Shown here in pieces: positions 10,073 to 21,065 of a stretch of DNA of 64,000 nucleotides. The translations under genes and the position numbers were made by a program. The DNA is from Cyanobacteriota bacterium. Its GTDB lineage: Bacteria > Cyanobacteriota > Cyanobacteriia > Thermostichales > Thermostichaceae. Every line of letters begins with the position of its first letter. The stretch's first letter is position 1. The notes under the pieces are model-generated. The model saw only the letters and a program-made list of their open reading frames with translations, had not been told where the DNA came from and made no database searches. The DNA lies in assembly GCA_033764955.1 (NCBI GenBank), contig JANRIL010000019.1:96001-160000 (forward strand). Reading direction: 5' to 3'.

Positions 10073-10599
10073 GCTGGTCTCCTCATATTCCAGGGCAGGG
10101 TAGGGTAGGTGATCTAAGCCGTCAGGAGAGTGAAGTTGGTCTCCCTCCCCTCTGGCGGCTGGGTCAAAAGCTGAGGATCCCATCGATTCCCCACTGCCCT
10201 ATCTTGCCCAAAAGCAGGCTGACGAAGAGCTCTTTTGGGGTGTTGATAGGCATCTCCCTCGAGGAGACAAATGGAGTGATCCAAAGCTGGTCTCATAGTC
10301 TATGACTGGTGCTTTCCGTGAAGCGACGATTTTCTGTGTCTGAGCAACCATCTAAGCCCCAAACAAACTGTAGAGTTTAGATACTGTTTAGATATCAATT
10401 ACCCTCATCAACGCTCAACATCTCCCAAAAATGGGTCAATAAAGGAGGGTTTTTCAGACCGAGAGAAATCAACTGTAGCCGTTCACACAAAACATCCTTC
10501 CTAAGTTAGCCCGACGTTTGGCAAACAGCAACAGGTTCGGGACAAAATTTGGAGAGAATCTGAAATTTATCGGGGAAATTGCCAGGAGGGGGACGAAAT

Positions 10600-10992
10600 A
10601 TGGGGGAGGATGCCGTTGCCGACCAGCCATGCCTATGGATCCCGCTGTTTGTTTATGGATCGCTGATGCGGGGAGGGCAGTATCACCATCTGTTAGGGGG
10701 GGGTGAGTTTGTGGCCGAAGACTGTTTGCCCAATGCCCAAATGTATGACTTGGGGCCTTATCCGATGGTGATTTGGGGATCCCGGTGCGTCTATGGGGAG
10801 CGCTATCGGTTACCTGTGCATCGCCTGCCGACTCTGGATGCTTTGGAGGAGCATCCCCATGTGTATGAGCGGCAGTGGGCGGACTTAGCCAGTGGTGAGT
10901 CAGCCTGGGTCTATGTGGGGCGACCCCAGTTCACCCATGGTTATGCTGAGATTATCGAGGGAAAGTGGCTAAGGAGGTCGTCCATTCTGTGA
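10600..10992 (+). CDS. Gamma-glutamylcyclotransferase family protein (AIG2/YtfP-like)
   Basis: LFVYGSLMRG, YDLGPYP, VYGERY, LDALEE..VYER. Confidence 0.85.
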   Translation: MGEDAVADQPCLWIPLFVYGSLMRGGQYHHLLGGGEFVAEDCLPNAQMYDLGPYPMVIWGSRCVYGERYRLPVHRLPTLDALEEHPHVYERQWADLASGESAWVYVGRPQFTHGYAEIIEGKWLRRSSIL

Positions 10993-13451
10993 CAGAAGCG
11001 AGGGTTGGTCAAGCTTATGGGGATCCCCTGCCCTTCGAGCGGCTCCACAAAGCCCTTGCGGTAGAGGCGGAGCAGGGGTTTGCGGATTTGCAGGGGCGGC
11101 AACAAAAGTTTTCGCAATTTTTGGCGGGATCCCTTGCCCAGCATCCGCCAGCGGAATGGCACCTGGACGAGGATGACCGACGCAAATGGCGGGAATTGGG
11201 ATCCCGTTATGGGGAGTATGCGGACTTGCCCCTGGGGGAACGGCAACATCTGGTGGCGGAGACCCGGCGCTGGCTCTATCAGGTCAAAAAGCAACTGGAA
11301 CCCCCCCCCGCCCCCAAGCCCTCCTATCTACCCAAAAGTGAGCTATCGCTAGAACAATCGGTGCAGTTTCTCAAGGGAATGGGGCCAAAATCTGCCGAAA
11401 AATTGGCGCAGTTGGGAATATTGACCGTTAGGGATGTTTTGTATTACTTTCCCCGCGATTACATTAACTATGCCAATCAAGTCTTGATTCGAGAGGCTCG
11501 TCCTGGAGAAACGGTCACGCTGGTGGGCACGGTGCGGAGTTGTCGTGTTTTTAGCAGCCCAAAGAACAAAAATCTGACCATTTTTAACCTGAAATTGGCG
11601 GATGCTAGTGGGGTCATCACCCTGAGCCGCTTTTATGCAGGCCGACAATTTGCCCATCGCGGTTGGCAAGAAGCTTGGCAACGTCAATTTCCTCCTGGGG
11701 TGATGGTGGCTGCCAGTGGATTGGTCAAAACCAGCAAACTTGGCTTGACTTTAGAGGAACCCCAAATCGAGGTTTTATCGGAGGAAACCGCCGACATTCG
11801 CTCCCTCAAAATAGGCAAGATTTTGCCTGTCTATCCCTTGACCGAGGGTATCACCGCCGATTTGGTGCGAAAAGCCGTGCAAGCCGCCTTGCCTGCTGTT
11901 GTGCATCTGTCGGACAGTTTGCTGGGATCCTGGCGGCAAACTTGGGGGTTGATGGATTTGCCCCATGCGGTTCAGTCCATCCATTTCCCTGAAAATTCGG
12001 AGCAACTAAGTCAAGCCCGCCGCCGCCTGGTGTTTGATGAGTTTTTTCTTCTACAATTGGGACTTTTGCAACGGCGACAAGCCTATCGTAGTCAAGCCCA
12101 ATCGGTGCCTCGGTTTCAGCCGCTAGCCGGCGAATTGGTGGATCGCTTCTATCAAATTTTGCCTTTTGCTCTGACTGGGGCACAGCAGCGGGTGGTGGAT
12201 GAAATCCTTCAGGATTTACGGGATCCCATGCCCATGAATCGGTTGGTGCAGGGGGATGTGGGATCGGGAAAAACAGTTGTGGCCGTGATTGCTTTGTTAG
12301 CCGCCATTCAATCGGGATGGCAAACTGCTTTGATGGCTCCCACCGAGGTTTTGGCTGAGCAACACTATCGCAAATTGGTGGAATGGTTCAGTCAATTGCA
12401 GTTACCCGTAGAGTTGCTGACGGGATCCACTCCTGCCGCCAAACGACGGGAAATTGCCCGCCAATTAGAAACTGGAGAACTATCCCTCTTGGTGGGCACT
12501 CATGCCCTTATTCAACCCAATGTCAAGTTTCAAAATTTAGGTTTAGTGATTATTGATGAACAACACCGCTTTGGGGTCGGACAGCGAGCTAAACTGCAAG
12601 AAAAAGGCCGTCACCCTGATGTTTTGAGTATGACCGCAACGCCGATTCCTCGCACCTTAACCTTAACTATTCATGGGGATTTGGATATCAGTCAAATTGA
12701 CGAATTGCCACCGGGACGCAAGCCGATTCAAACAACCGTGTGTCGCCCACGAGATCGCCATCATATTTATGATCTGATACAGCGAGAAATCGTGCAGGGA
12801 CGGCAAGCTTATGTGGTATTGCCTCTCATTGAAGAATCTGAAAAACTTGATCTGAAGTCAGCCATAGAAGAATACCAAAGGCTACAGGAGAAAGTTTTCC
12901 CCCAGTTTCAGGTGGGTTTACTGCATGGTCGGATGAGTTCTGCCGAAAAGGATCAGGTGATTGAGTCTTTTCGCCAGCGAACGCTGCACATTTTAGTCTC
13001 CACAACCGTTGTAGAAGTGGGGGTGGATATTCCCAATGCGTCGGTGATGCTGATCGAACATGCCGAACGCTTTGGGCTTTCTCAACTGCATCAATTGCGG
13101 GGGCGGGTGGGGCGAGGATCCGATCAGTCGTTTTGTTTGTTGATGACCCCCTCGCAGTCGGATACGGCTCTGCAACGCTTAAAAGTTTTGGAACAGTCCA
13201 ACGACGGCTTTTTTATTGCCGAAATGGATTTGCGCTTCCGTGGCCCTGGGGAAGTGATGGGAACCCGCCAATCGGGCTTACCCGACTTTGCCCTGGCTAG
13301 CCTGATCGAAGATCACGACGTGCTGGAGTTAGCCCGCTCAGCCGCCGAAGCCGTGTTGGCCGAGGATCCCGATCTTGAGCGCTATCCTCACCTGCAAGCG
13401 GTTTTGCAAGCACAACAGTCTCGGCTGTTGGGGCAAGCCATTTTTACATGA
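10965..13451 (+). CDS. recG: ATP-dependent DNA helicase RecG
   Basis: MNRLVQGDVGSGKT, IIDEQHRFGV, MTATPIPRTL, QLHQLRGRVGRG, DLRFRGPGE. Exact start uncertain. Confidence 0.95.
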   Translation: MAKEVVHSVTEARVGQAYGDPLPFERLHKALAVEAEQGFADLQGRQQKFSQFLAGSLAQHPPAEWHLDEDDRRKWRELGSRYGEYADLPLGERQHLVAETRRWLYQVKKQLEPPPAPKPSYLPKSELSLEQSVQFLKGMGPKSAEKLAQLGILTVRDVLYYFPRDYINYANQVLIREARPGETVTLVGTVRSCRVFSSPKNKNLTIFNLKLADASGVITLSRFYAGRQFAHRGWQEAWQRQFPPGVMVAASGLVKTSKLGLTLEEPQIEVLSEETADIRSLKIGKILPVYPLTEGITADLVRKAVQAALPAVVHLSDSLLGSWRQTWGLMDLPHAVQSIHFPENSEQLSQARRRLVFDEFFLLQLGLLQRRQAYRSQAQSVPRFQPLAGELVDRFYQILPFALTGAQQRVVDEILQDLRDPMPMNRLVQGDVGSGKTVVAVIALLAAIQSGWQTALMAPTEVLAEQHYRKLVEWFSQLQLPVELLTGSTPAAKRREIARQLETGELSLLVGTHALIQPNVKFQNLGLVIIDEQHRFGVGQRAKLQEKGRHPDVLSMTATPIPRTLTLTIHGDLDISQIDELPPGRKPIQTTVCRPRDRHHIYDLIQREIVQGRQAYVVLPLIEESEKLDLKSAIEEYQRLQEKVFPQFQVGLLHGRMSSAEKDQVIESFRQRTLHILVSTTVVEVGVDIPNASVMLIEHAERFGLSQLHQLRGRVGRGSDQSFCLLMTPSQSDTALQRLKVLEQSNDGFFIAEMDLRFRGPGEVMGTRQSGLPDFALASLIEDHDVLELARSAAEAVLAEDPDLERYPHLQAVLQAQQSRLLGQAIFT

Positions 13452-13609
13452 GCCAGGCAGACCGATGGGAGGGGATCCCCGAAACAGGCATTTGGCGAGT
13501 CTTTTCCAAAAGGTTTTCAGAAAGGGTAGATCCGGTTGACCGTCGTCTCTCGGGCAAAGCCTTAAGATATGTGCGTTAAGATATGTGAAGTTGATTTCTC
13601 CGGCATCCA

Positions 13610-15451
13610 ATGGCGATCCCTCCTGTTTTAGATGCTCCTGCCACCACTCCCCGCCTGCCCAGCGGAGCCTTGTCGGTACACCGATTGGATCCCCCCCTGC
13701 GCTACGACCCGACGGCTATTGCCCAGGAATATCGCGGCCAATACGGTCAGGTTTGGCGTCGCCTGTTTAGCCTGGTCTACCCGTTTGTGGCGCTGCTGGT
13801 GCAGGTGTTTTGGGATCGCCTGTGGGGACAAGAACACCAGCAACGACCTCGCCATGCCATCCGGTTGCGGGAAATTTTAACGGAATTGGGGCCAACCTCC
13901 ATCAAAATTGGGCAGGCGCTTTCCACCCGTCCAGATTTGGTCTCACCCCTCTTTTTGGAGGAACTGACCAAGCTACAGGATGAACTACCCCCCTTTGACA
14001 ATCAAATTGCTTTTGATTTGATCACCGCCGAATTGGGCTTGCCTCCCCACGAAATTTATCGAGAAATGAGTGCTCAGCCGATTGCTGCTGCCAGCTTGGG
14101 GCAGGTTTATCAAGCCTATCTAAAAACGGGAGAAAAAGTAGCGGTTAAAGTGCAAAGACCGGATCTGATCAAACATATCTCTATTGATATGTATATCATC
14201 CGCTCCTTGGCTGCCTGGGCAAAACGAACCTTTCCCAAAATTCGTAGCGATTTGGTGGGAATTGTGGATGAATTTGCCAGCCGTCTCTACGAAGAAATGG
14301 ACTATACCCAAGAGGGAGAAAACGCCGAGCGTTTTTTACAGCTTTATCGTCATCCTTCAATCTATGCCCCCAGAATCTACTGGCCTTACACGGGTCGGAA
14401 GGTCTTGACAATGGAATGGATTGACGGGATAAAACTTACCCAGTTGGAAAAAATTACGGCGGCGGGTTTGAATGGGCGGCAACTTATTGAAGTGGGGGTA
14501 AACTGTTCCCTCAGACAGCTTTTAGAAAATGGTTTCTTTCATGCGGATCCCCATCCTGGCAACCTATTAGCGATGCCCGACGGACGATTGGCCTACATTG
14601 ACTTTGGCATGATGAGTGCCATTCAACCTCATCAACGCTATGGATTGATCAAGGCGATTGTTCACCTAGTGAATCGAGATTTTTCGGGTTTAGCCCATGA
14701 CTATGTGGAACTTGAGTTCTTGACAAAAGACACTGATCTAACCCCTATCATTCCAGCTTTGGGTCATGTATTTGCCGAGGCGATGGGGGCAAGTGTGGCG
14801 GAAATGAACTTTAAGAGCATGACGGATAAATTGTCAGCGGTGATGTATGACTATCCATTTCGTGTACCTGCTTACTATGCCTTAATCATTCGCTCCCTGC
14901 TCACATTAGAAGGTATTGCCATCAGCTTGGATCCCAACTTCAAGGTGTTAAGCGTTGCCTATCCCTACGTAGCTGGTCGATTGCTGAGTGATCCGGCTCC
15001 TGAGCTACGCATTTCTCTCAAAGAATTGCTATTTGGTGAAGGACAATTTCGTTGGAATCGTCTAGAAAATTTATTGCGAAATGCCTCCAAAAGTGAAGAC
15101 TTCGATCTGGAGGGATCCCTAGAGAAAGTCCTGGATTTCATCTTCTCTGAGCGGGGAACGTTCCTGCGGGAAGGTTTGGTGGAGGCGATCTTTACCCCCA
15201 GCTCTTCCAACGGATCCCAGCCGCAGCAGGGCTGGCATCATCTGCAACGGGTCTGGCAACTCCTTTCGGAAAATCCCTCCTTTCAACCCCTCAACCTGTT
15301 GCCGGTGGTTGCTAAAGTTGCCACCAAACCAGAAGCTCAGCAATGGGGGCAGCAGTTGGCCTCGCGCTGGTTGCAGCGCTCGGCGGCTCAGTGGTTGCGT
15401 CAGTGGTTTGCTCCCGCCCAACTGCCTGCCTCTACCCTGCGAGATCCCTAA
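13610..15451 (+). CDS. ABC1/AarF/UbiB family atypical kinase
   Basis: LGPTSIKIGQALSTRPD, AAASLGQVY, VAVKVQRP, FFHADPHPGN, IDFGMM. Confidence 0.92.
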   Translation: MAIPPVLDAPATTPRLPSGALSVHRLDPPLRYDPTAIAQEYRGQYGQVWRRLFSLVYPFVALLVQVFWDRLWGQEHQQRPRHAIRLREILTELGPTSIKIGQALSTRPDLVSPLFLEELTKLQDELPPFDNQIAFDLITAELGLPPHEIYREMSAQPIAAASLGQVYQAYLKTGEKVAVKVQRPDLIKHISIDMYIIRSLAAWAKRTFPKIRSDLVGIVDEFASRLYEEMDYTQEGENAERFLQLYRHPSIYAPRIYWPYTGRKVLTMEWIDGIKLTQLEKITAAGLNGRQLIEVGVNCSLRQLLENGFFHADPHPGNLLAMPDGRLAYIDFGMMSAIQPHQRYGLIKAIVHLVNRDFSGLAHDYVELEFLTKDTDLTPIIPALGHVFAEAMGASVAEMNFKSMTDKLSAVMYDYPFRVPAYYALIIRSLLTLEGIAISLDPNFKVLSVAYPYVAGRLLSDPAPELRISLKELLFGEGQFRWNRLENLLRNASKSEDFDLEGSLEKVLDFIFSERGTFLREGLVEAIFTPSSSNGSQPQQGWHHLQRVWQLLSENPSFQPLNLLPVVAKVATKPEAQQWGQQLASRWLQRSAAQWLRQWFAPAQLPASTLRDP

Positions 15452-16446
15452 AGAGCCTGCGCCAGGATCTCTGCATCCACGTTGCCCCCTGACAGCACCA
15501 GTCCAACCCGCTTCCCTTGAATGGCTAGCTTGTGGGAGAGAAGCGCCGCCACTGCCACCGCCCCCGTTGGTTCGACGACCATCTTCATGCGATAAAGCAA
15601 AAACCGCATCGCCTGCAAAATCTCCGCATCGGAAACCAACAGCACTCCGTCCACCATCTGTCGAATCACCGCAAAGGTACACACTCCGGGATAGGTGGTG
15701 CGGATCCCGTCGGCAATCGTATCAGGCACAGGGATCCGCACCCGCTCTCCCTTTTGCAGGGATTGGTAAAAATCATCCCCAGTTTCTGGTTCCACGCCAT
15801 AGATCGTGATGGTGGGGTTGACGGTGCGAGCCACCATACTGCATCCGCTCAGTAACCCCCCGCCGCCCAGGGGCACCATCAATACATCCAGATCCGCCAC
15901 CTGCTGAAATAGCTCCAGGGCAACCGTTCCCTGTCCGGCGATAATTTGCCAGTCATCATAGGGAGGAATCAGGGTCAGCCCTCGCTCCCTGGCCAACTCT
16001 TGGGCGATCGCCTCGCGGTCTTGCTGTTGCCGATCATAATCCACGATCTCCGCCCCATAGCCGAGTGTGGCTTGCCGTTTGGCCTGAGGAGCATCGTTGG
16101 GCATGACAATTGTGGCCGGGATCCCCAGGGTTTTAGCGGCGATGGCGACCCCTTGGGAATGGTTTCCTGACGAAAAGGCCACTACCCCCCGCTCTCGCTC
16201 CCCTGTCCCCAATTGTAGGATCCGATTCATGGCTCCCCGCACCTTGAAGGATCCCCCCCGTTGGTAGTGTTCTCCCTTGAAAAAGCATTGATTATGGACA
16301 ATCTGGTCAAAAGTTCGACTGGTGAATAAGGGCGTGGGTTGGAGGAAGGGGGTGATCCGATTGGCGGCAGCCTCAATGTCGCGGATTGTCAGGGGAAGTG
16401 GAGCCGGACTATTGGTGAAGGGAGGAGAAACCGTCATTATCTTCAT
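15448..16446 (-). CDS. PLP-dependent serine/threonine dehydratase family (threo-3-hydroxyaspartate ammonia-lyase-like)
   Basis: QRGGSFKVRGA (PLP lysine), SSGNHSQG, GGGGLLSG, SGGNVD. Confidence 0.88.
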   Translation of the reverse strand: MKIMTVSPPFTNSPAPLPLTIRDIEAAANRITPFLQPTPLFTSRTFDQIVHNQCFFKGEHYQRGGSFKVRGAMNRILQLGTGERERGVVAFSSGNHSQGVAIAAKTLGIPATIVMPNDAPQAKRQATLGYGAEIVDYDRQQQDREAIAQELARERGLTLIPPYDDWQIIAGQGTVALELFQQVADLDVLMVPLGGGGLLSGCSMVARTVNPTITIYGVEPETGDDFYQSLQKGERVRIPVPDTIADGIRTTYPGVCTFAVIRQMVDGVLLVSDAEILQAMRFLLYRMKMVVEPTGAVAVAALLSHKLAIQGKRVGLVLSGGNVDAEILAQAL

Positions 16447-16449
16447 GGT

Positions 16450-16911
16450 TTAGTGAATAAACCGATCCAGGGCACGTTTCAGTTCTTCCAGCTCCATCTC
16501 AATATTGCCCGTCTCGGCGGCATGGACAATGCAACTGCTGATATGGTCATCCAAAATTAAGCGAGCCACCCGATCCAAAGCTCCCCTGACCGCCGCAATC
16601 TGCAACAGCACATCGGGGCAGGGCTGCCCTTCCGCAATCATTGAGCGGATCCCATGCACATGCCCTTCAATGCGCGCCATCCGATTGAGGAGCTTGCGCT
16701 GCGCTTCCGGATCATGCTGGTGGGCATGGGCACGTCCCGACAGGGGTGGGTTTTCTAGAGCGATCTCCAACTCATCTTGCCAGTCATCCTGGACAGACTC
16801 AGAACCGACCCGCGTATCGCGAGATTCTTGGGTGGAGACATGAGATGGCAGCGATGGGGAAAGGGGGGAATGAACGTGTTGATGGTGGGGGTTGCCAGAG
16901 AAGGTAGACAT
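16450..16911 (-). CDS. CsoR/RcnR-family metal-sensing repressor (InrS-like) with His-rich N-terminus
   Basis: RMARIEGHVHGI..M....PCPDVLLQIAAVRGAL...ILDDHISSC; N-terminal HHQHVH and HAHQH. Start taken at MSTF (16911). Confidence 0.88.
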   Translation of the reverse strand: MSTFSGNPHHQHVHSPLSPSLPSHVSTQESRDTRVGSESVQDDWQDELEIALENPPLSGRAHAHQHDPEAQRKLLNRMARIEGHVHGIRSMIAEGQPCPDVLLQIAAVRGALDRVARLILDDHISSCIVHAAETGNIEMELEELKRALDRFIH

Positions 16912-17259
16912 AAAAAGCAGGCTAGCCACTCTAAGGTAGTGGGATGAGCATCTCTCCATAGTCGAAAAGGAACTAAGGACAGACATTCTCCAGGCATCTT
17001 ATCTCAGATCCCCAGTGGGGTTGGAAAAGCGGGAGCGGCTCTTCCAATATCTCCAGAGGGATCCCTTAACCCATACTCCACACTATTTCACCATTCACAG
17101 CCGTAAAATCTAGGGAATTTCCCCCTTGCTATCAATTTGTAGTCCCTACGCGATCTCTCCTGTACAATTGCCTCAGTTATGGAAAGTAGGGCAATCTTGC
17201 CTAGCTAAGCAGTATGTTGAGTGGATTTCGCCCCGCCCTTTTTCTCGCGTGATTTGGTG

Positions 17260-18339
17260 ATGAATGGATTCTTGCCCTCCCTAAAACTGCTGAGTGTATT
17301 GGCATTCTGGGCATTGCTTAGCCCTCCTGTCTGCCTTGCCCAGTCTGATTTGCCGGTTCCTAATCCCGCCCAGCCCCGCCTCGATGTAGAGTTGCCCCAG
17401 CCCCAAAAACGCTACATCTTAGGTGCTGGAGATCGGGTGCAGATCAATGTCTTTAATGTGCCGGAGTTTACGGGCGAACAACAAATTTTATTGGATGGAT
17501 CGATTACCCTGCCACTGGTGGGATCCATCACCGTAGAGGGACTAACCCTACAGCAAGCCGCCGATGAAATTACCTTTCGCCTGTCGGCCTTTTTGGAGCG
17601 TCCCATTGTTAACGTGTTGCTGCTGGCAGCTCGTCCCCTGCGGATTGCCGTGATTGGAGAGGTCAACCGTCCGGGTGTTTATACGCTACCCAGTGGCACC
17701 TCCACGACGACGGCAGGAGCTAACCAGCCCAGGATCCCCACCGTCAGCGAACTCATTCAGACGGCAGGTGGCATTACCCAAACGGCTAACATTCGCAACA
17801 TTCAAGTCCGCCGCCCTCAAATTGGTTCGACCGGGGTCAACCAGAGTTTTACCGTTAATCTTTGGGACGTGTTGCAGGGAGGGGATCCCCAAAAAGATTT
17901 GCTCTTGTTTGATGGCGACTCGGTGTTTATCCCCACCGTCGTGGATCTGGCTGCCGAAGAAGCCAGCCAGCTAGCCAGTGCCAACTTTGCTCCCGATGAA
18001 ATTGCCGTCAACGTTGTGGGGGAAGTGGTCAACCCTGGGCAACTGCGCCTCACCCCCAATGCCACCCTCAATGAGGCGATTCTGACGGCGGGAGGACTCA
18101 ACCAGCGGGCGGATCCCAACGCTGTTGAACTGATTCGCCTCAATCCCAACGGCAGTGTTTCCCGACAGGAGGTGGTGGTGGATTTCAGTCAAGGCTTGAA
18201 TGCCCCCCAAAATCCCGCCCTGCAAAATACGGATATCATTGTCGTCAAGCCGACGGAATATGTGCAGGCTTCCGATAGCTTCGAGCTTTTTATAAGTCCT
18301 CTCCTCAATATCAGCAATGCCCTGCGTATTTTCCGTTAA
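17260..18339 (+). CDS. Polysaccharide export protein (Wza/OPX, SLBB domains)
   Basis: Signal peptide, YILGAGDRVQINVF, DGSITLPLVGSI, VIGEVNRPGVY, and a second SLBB motif VVGEVVNPG. Confidence 0.9.
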   Translation: MNGFLPSLKLLSVLAFWALLSPPVCLAQSDLPVPNPAQPRLDVELPQPQKRYILGAGDRVQINVFNVPEFTGEQQILLDGSITLPLVGSITVEGLTLQQAADEITFRLSAFLERPIVNVLLLAARPLRIAVIGEVNRPGVYTLPSGTSTTTAGANQPRIPTVSELIQTAGGITQTANIRNIQVRRPQIGSTGVNQSFTVNLWDVLQGGDPQKDLLLFDGDSVFIPTVVDLAAEEASQLASANFAPDEIAVNVVGEVVNPGQLRLTPNATLNEAILTAGGLNQRADPNAVELIRLNPNGSVSRQEVVVDFSQGLNAPQNPALQNTDIIVVKPTEYVQASDSFELFISPLLNISNALRIFR

Positions 18340-18430
18340 TTCCCTTGCCTTCCGTTGACTGAAGATCCCATGAATTGGATCCCGTAAACAACCCCCATCC
18401 CTAGCTCCCGTTCTGTACCCCGTGACACCT

Positions 18431-20743
18431 ATGGCTGATACTATTCTCGAAAAGCCAGATTATCTCAGTTCGGCTGGCCCAGAAGCTGAAATCAATATGA
18501 TGCGAGCCTTGCGGCGGCATTGGCTAGCTGGCTTAGGAACAGCGGTAGCGATGGTATCGGGGGTGGCTTTCTACACCAACTCACAGGTGCCCATCTATCA
18601 ATCTGAAGCGCTCATTTTGCTAGATACCCAGTCGGCAATTCCGGTGGTGGATTTATCTACTTCAGCCACGGTGGGCAGTTCCAAAGATCGCTCCACAGAA
18701 GTAGAAATTTTGCGAAGTCGCCCGCTAGTGGAACGAGCGGTGGCGGATTTGATTACTGAGGATCCCACATTGACCGTTGGACAGGTATTAGGAGGGCTTT
18801 CGGCTCGACAAATTGAACGTTCGGATATCTTGCGAGTCACCTACAAAGATACGGTTCCTGACCGCATTAAAAAAGTCTTGGATGCCCTGGGATCCACCTA
18901 CGTGGACTACAGCTTAGAGAGCAAACGCTCTCAGGCTACGAACGCCATTCGCTTTATCGAAGAACAACTGCCGGTGGCGCGCGCCGCTCTCGATACCTCA
19001 GCCGCGGCTATCCGTGACTTTCAAGAAGCCTATGGAATTGTTAACTTTGATGCTTATGCCACAGGCGTAGCCGATGTCGCCCAAGCCCTAGCTACCCAGT
19101 CCCTGCAAGCCAAGATTCAGTTGGAACAAACCCGCCAGCAGGAACAGGAAATCCTGGAGCAAATTCGCCAACTGGGGCAGGATCCCTCCACCCTCATGCA
19201 GCAATCCCTGCTCAGCCAAAGTAGTAGTTACCAAGAGCTAGCCAAACAATTACAAGAGATCGATATTCAGTTAGCCCTAGAACGGGTGCGCTTTCGAGAT
19301 GACTCCCCCACGGTTTTAAGTTTGAGTAATCGTCGCCGTAATCTGGAAAATCTCCTCAAACAGGAGGCACTCAGTATTTTGCAAGGCACAACCCCCGTGG
19401 CGCTTTCTCCGGAAGTGGGATCCTCTACTCCCACCTCCGTCCCCCTGCTACGGGATAGCCTGACGACTCCCCCCCTAGCCACTGCCGGATTGCCTGCTAC
19501 CCCTACTAATGCTGGAACCACTGAAAGTCTAGCCGGGATCCCGGATTCCGGATCCCTGCAACAGAGTCTGATGGCCGAACTGCTGCAAGCCCAAACCAAC
19601 CTGGCGGTTCAATCGGTACAAGTCCTCAGCATCAATCAAGCCGAAGTCGAAGTGGCTAGCCGCCTAGAGCAGATCCCTTCTCTCCAGAAAGCTTATGTTG
19701 AGCTGGTGCGGCAAAATCAGGTGGATTCAGCGGTGGTTAACAACTTTCTAGAAAAACTACAAAACCTCCGCATTACCGAAGCGCAAGAGACCTCCCCCTG
19801 GCGCGTCTTGCAACCCGCCATTACCCCAACCACTCCCATCTCTCCTGACTTAAGGCGCAACTTAGTCCTGGGTTTGATGGCGGGCGTATTAAGTGGTCTG
19901 GGGATTGCTCTTTTGTTGGAGAGTATTGATCACCGCATTAAAGATGTGGAAGAAGCTCGCGCCCTAACGGGTTTACCGCTGTTGGGGGCGGTGCCGAAGG
20001 TGACAAGCGAAATTTTGTCAGGGGTGATTCACAACAACGACTACACTCCATTTACCGAAGCCTTCCGGTCAATCGCCGTCAGCATGGGCTATCTGGGAAC
20101 CGCCGGACAGATCAAAACCCTCTTGTTAACCTCGGCAATTCCTTCAGAAGGGAAGTCAACGGTCAGTTTTTGTTTAGGGATGGCTCTGGCGGATTTAGGA
20201 CACCGCGTCCTGATTGTGGATGCGGACATGCGTAAGCCAGGCATCCACGGTCTGCTCAATCAGCCTAACGCCCAGGGATTGAGCAGTGTGATTGCCTCAG
20301 ATCGCCCTTGGCCTTCCCTGATTCACCTCTATTCGGATCATCTGCATGTCTTGACGGCAGGTCCAGTTCCCCCCAATCCGATTGCCCTCTTGGGTTCCTC
20401 CAAGATGACGCAGCTTTTGGCCGAGTGGCGACAACGATATGACTATGTGTTAGTAGATACGCCACCCGTTTCTGGGATCGCGGACGCCCAAAGTATTGCC
20501 AATCAAGTAGATGGTGTGGTCTATGTCTTGGGCATAGAACGTTCCGATCGGCAAATTATTGCGAGGGCCTTAGAACTACTCAAAAGCACCCAGGCAAATT
20601 TGGTGGGTATGGTGGTCAATCTTGTGGATGCCAAACAAAATGCTTACCACTATCGCTACTACACCGCCTACTATGGCAAGCCTTCCGACCAAAAGAAAAC
20701 GACAAGTCGAGCGACATCTAGCCGCTTGAAGGAGAATTCTTAA
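18431..20743 (+). CDS. Polysaccharide co-polymerase / BY-kinase (Wzc/GumC family)
   Basis: Two TMs around a coiled coil, Walker A SAIPSEGKST, VDADMRKP, Walker B VLVDTPP, C-terminal Tyr cluster AYHYRYYTAYY. Confidence 0.92.
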   Translation: MADTILEKPDYLSSAGPEAEINMMRALRRHWLAGLGTAVAMVSGVAFYTNSQVPIYQSEALILLDTQSAIPVVDLSTSATVGSSKDRSTEVEILRSRPLVERAVADLITEDPTLTVGQVLGGLSARQIERSDILRVTYKDTVPDRIKKVLDALGSTYVDYSLESKRSQATNAIRFIEEQLPVARAALDTSAAAIRDFQEAYGIVNFDAYATGVADVAQALATQSLQAKIQLEQTRQQEQEILEQIRQLGQDPSTLMQQSLLSQSSSYQELAKQLQEIDIQLALERVRFRDDSPTVLSLSNRRRNLENLLKQEALSILQGTTPVALSPEVGSSTPTSVPLLRDSLTTPPLATAGLPATPTNAGTTESLAGIPDSGSLQQSLMAELLQAQTNLAVQSVQVLSINQAEVEVASRLEQIPSLQKAYVELVRQNQVDSAVVNNFLEKLQNLRITEAQETSPWRVLQPAITPTTPISPDLRRNLVLGLMAGVLSGLGIALLLESIDHRIKDVEEARALTGLPLLGAVPKVTSEILSGVIHNNDYTPFTEAFRSIAVSMGYLGTAGQIKTLLLTSAIPSEGKSTVSFCLGMALADLGHRVLIVDADMRKPGIHGLLNQPNAQGLSSVIASDRPWPSLIHLYSDHLHVLTAGPVPPNPIALLGSSKMTQLLAEWRQRYDYVLVDTPPVSGIADAQSIANQVDGVVYVLGIERSDRQIIARALELLKSTQANLVGMVVNLVDAKQNAYHYRYYTAYYGKPSDQKKTTSRATSSRLKENS

Positions 20744-21065
20744 GGCTTAAATTTTTAGCGATTAAAATAGGGATCCCGGCCTTTTACTCCCCGCCTAACG
20801 CTACTCAGCCAAAAATGCTTAAGGATCATCATTGCAAAAATCTATACCAGGGTCTAGTGTGGATCTAGTCTGGATCTTGTGGAAAGACTTGAGTTCCCTG
20901 TGGTGCTGCACGATAGATTGAATAGTTTCCCAGATTTTCTCGATCTGGCTATAGCTTTGGTGCAAAATTACTTAGGAACTACCTTCCACCTCTATGGAAT
21001 ATGCATTAGTAATTGACTCTTGGCCAACTGTTTGTCAAGTTTCCTTTTTTGAACAGTGGCAAGAA

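Noticed and set aside
20792..20812. GCCTAACGCTACTCAGCC, similar to one arm of the 31002 attC
   Set aside because: No complementary arm or GTTRRRY box nearby.
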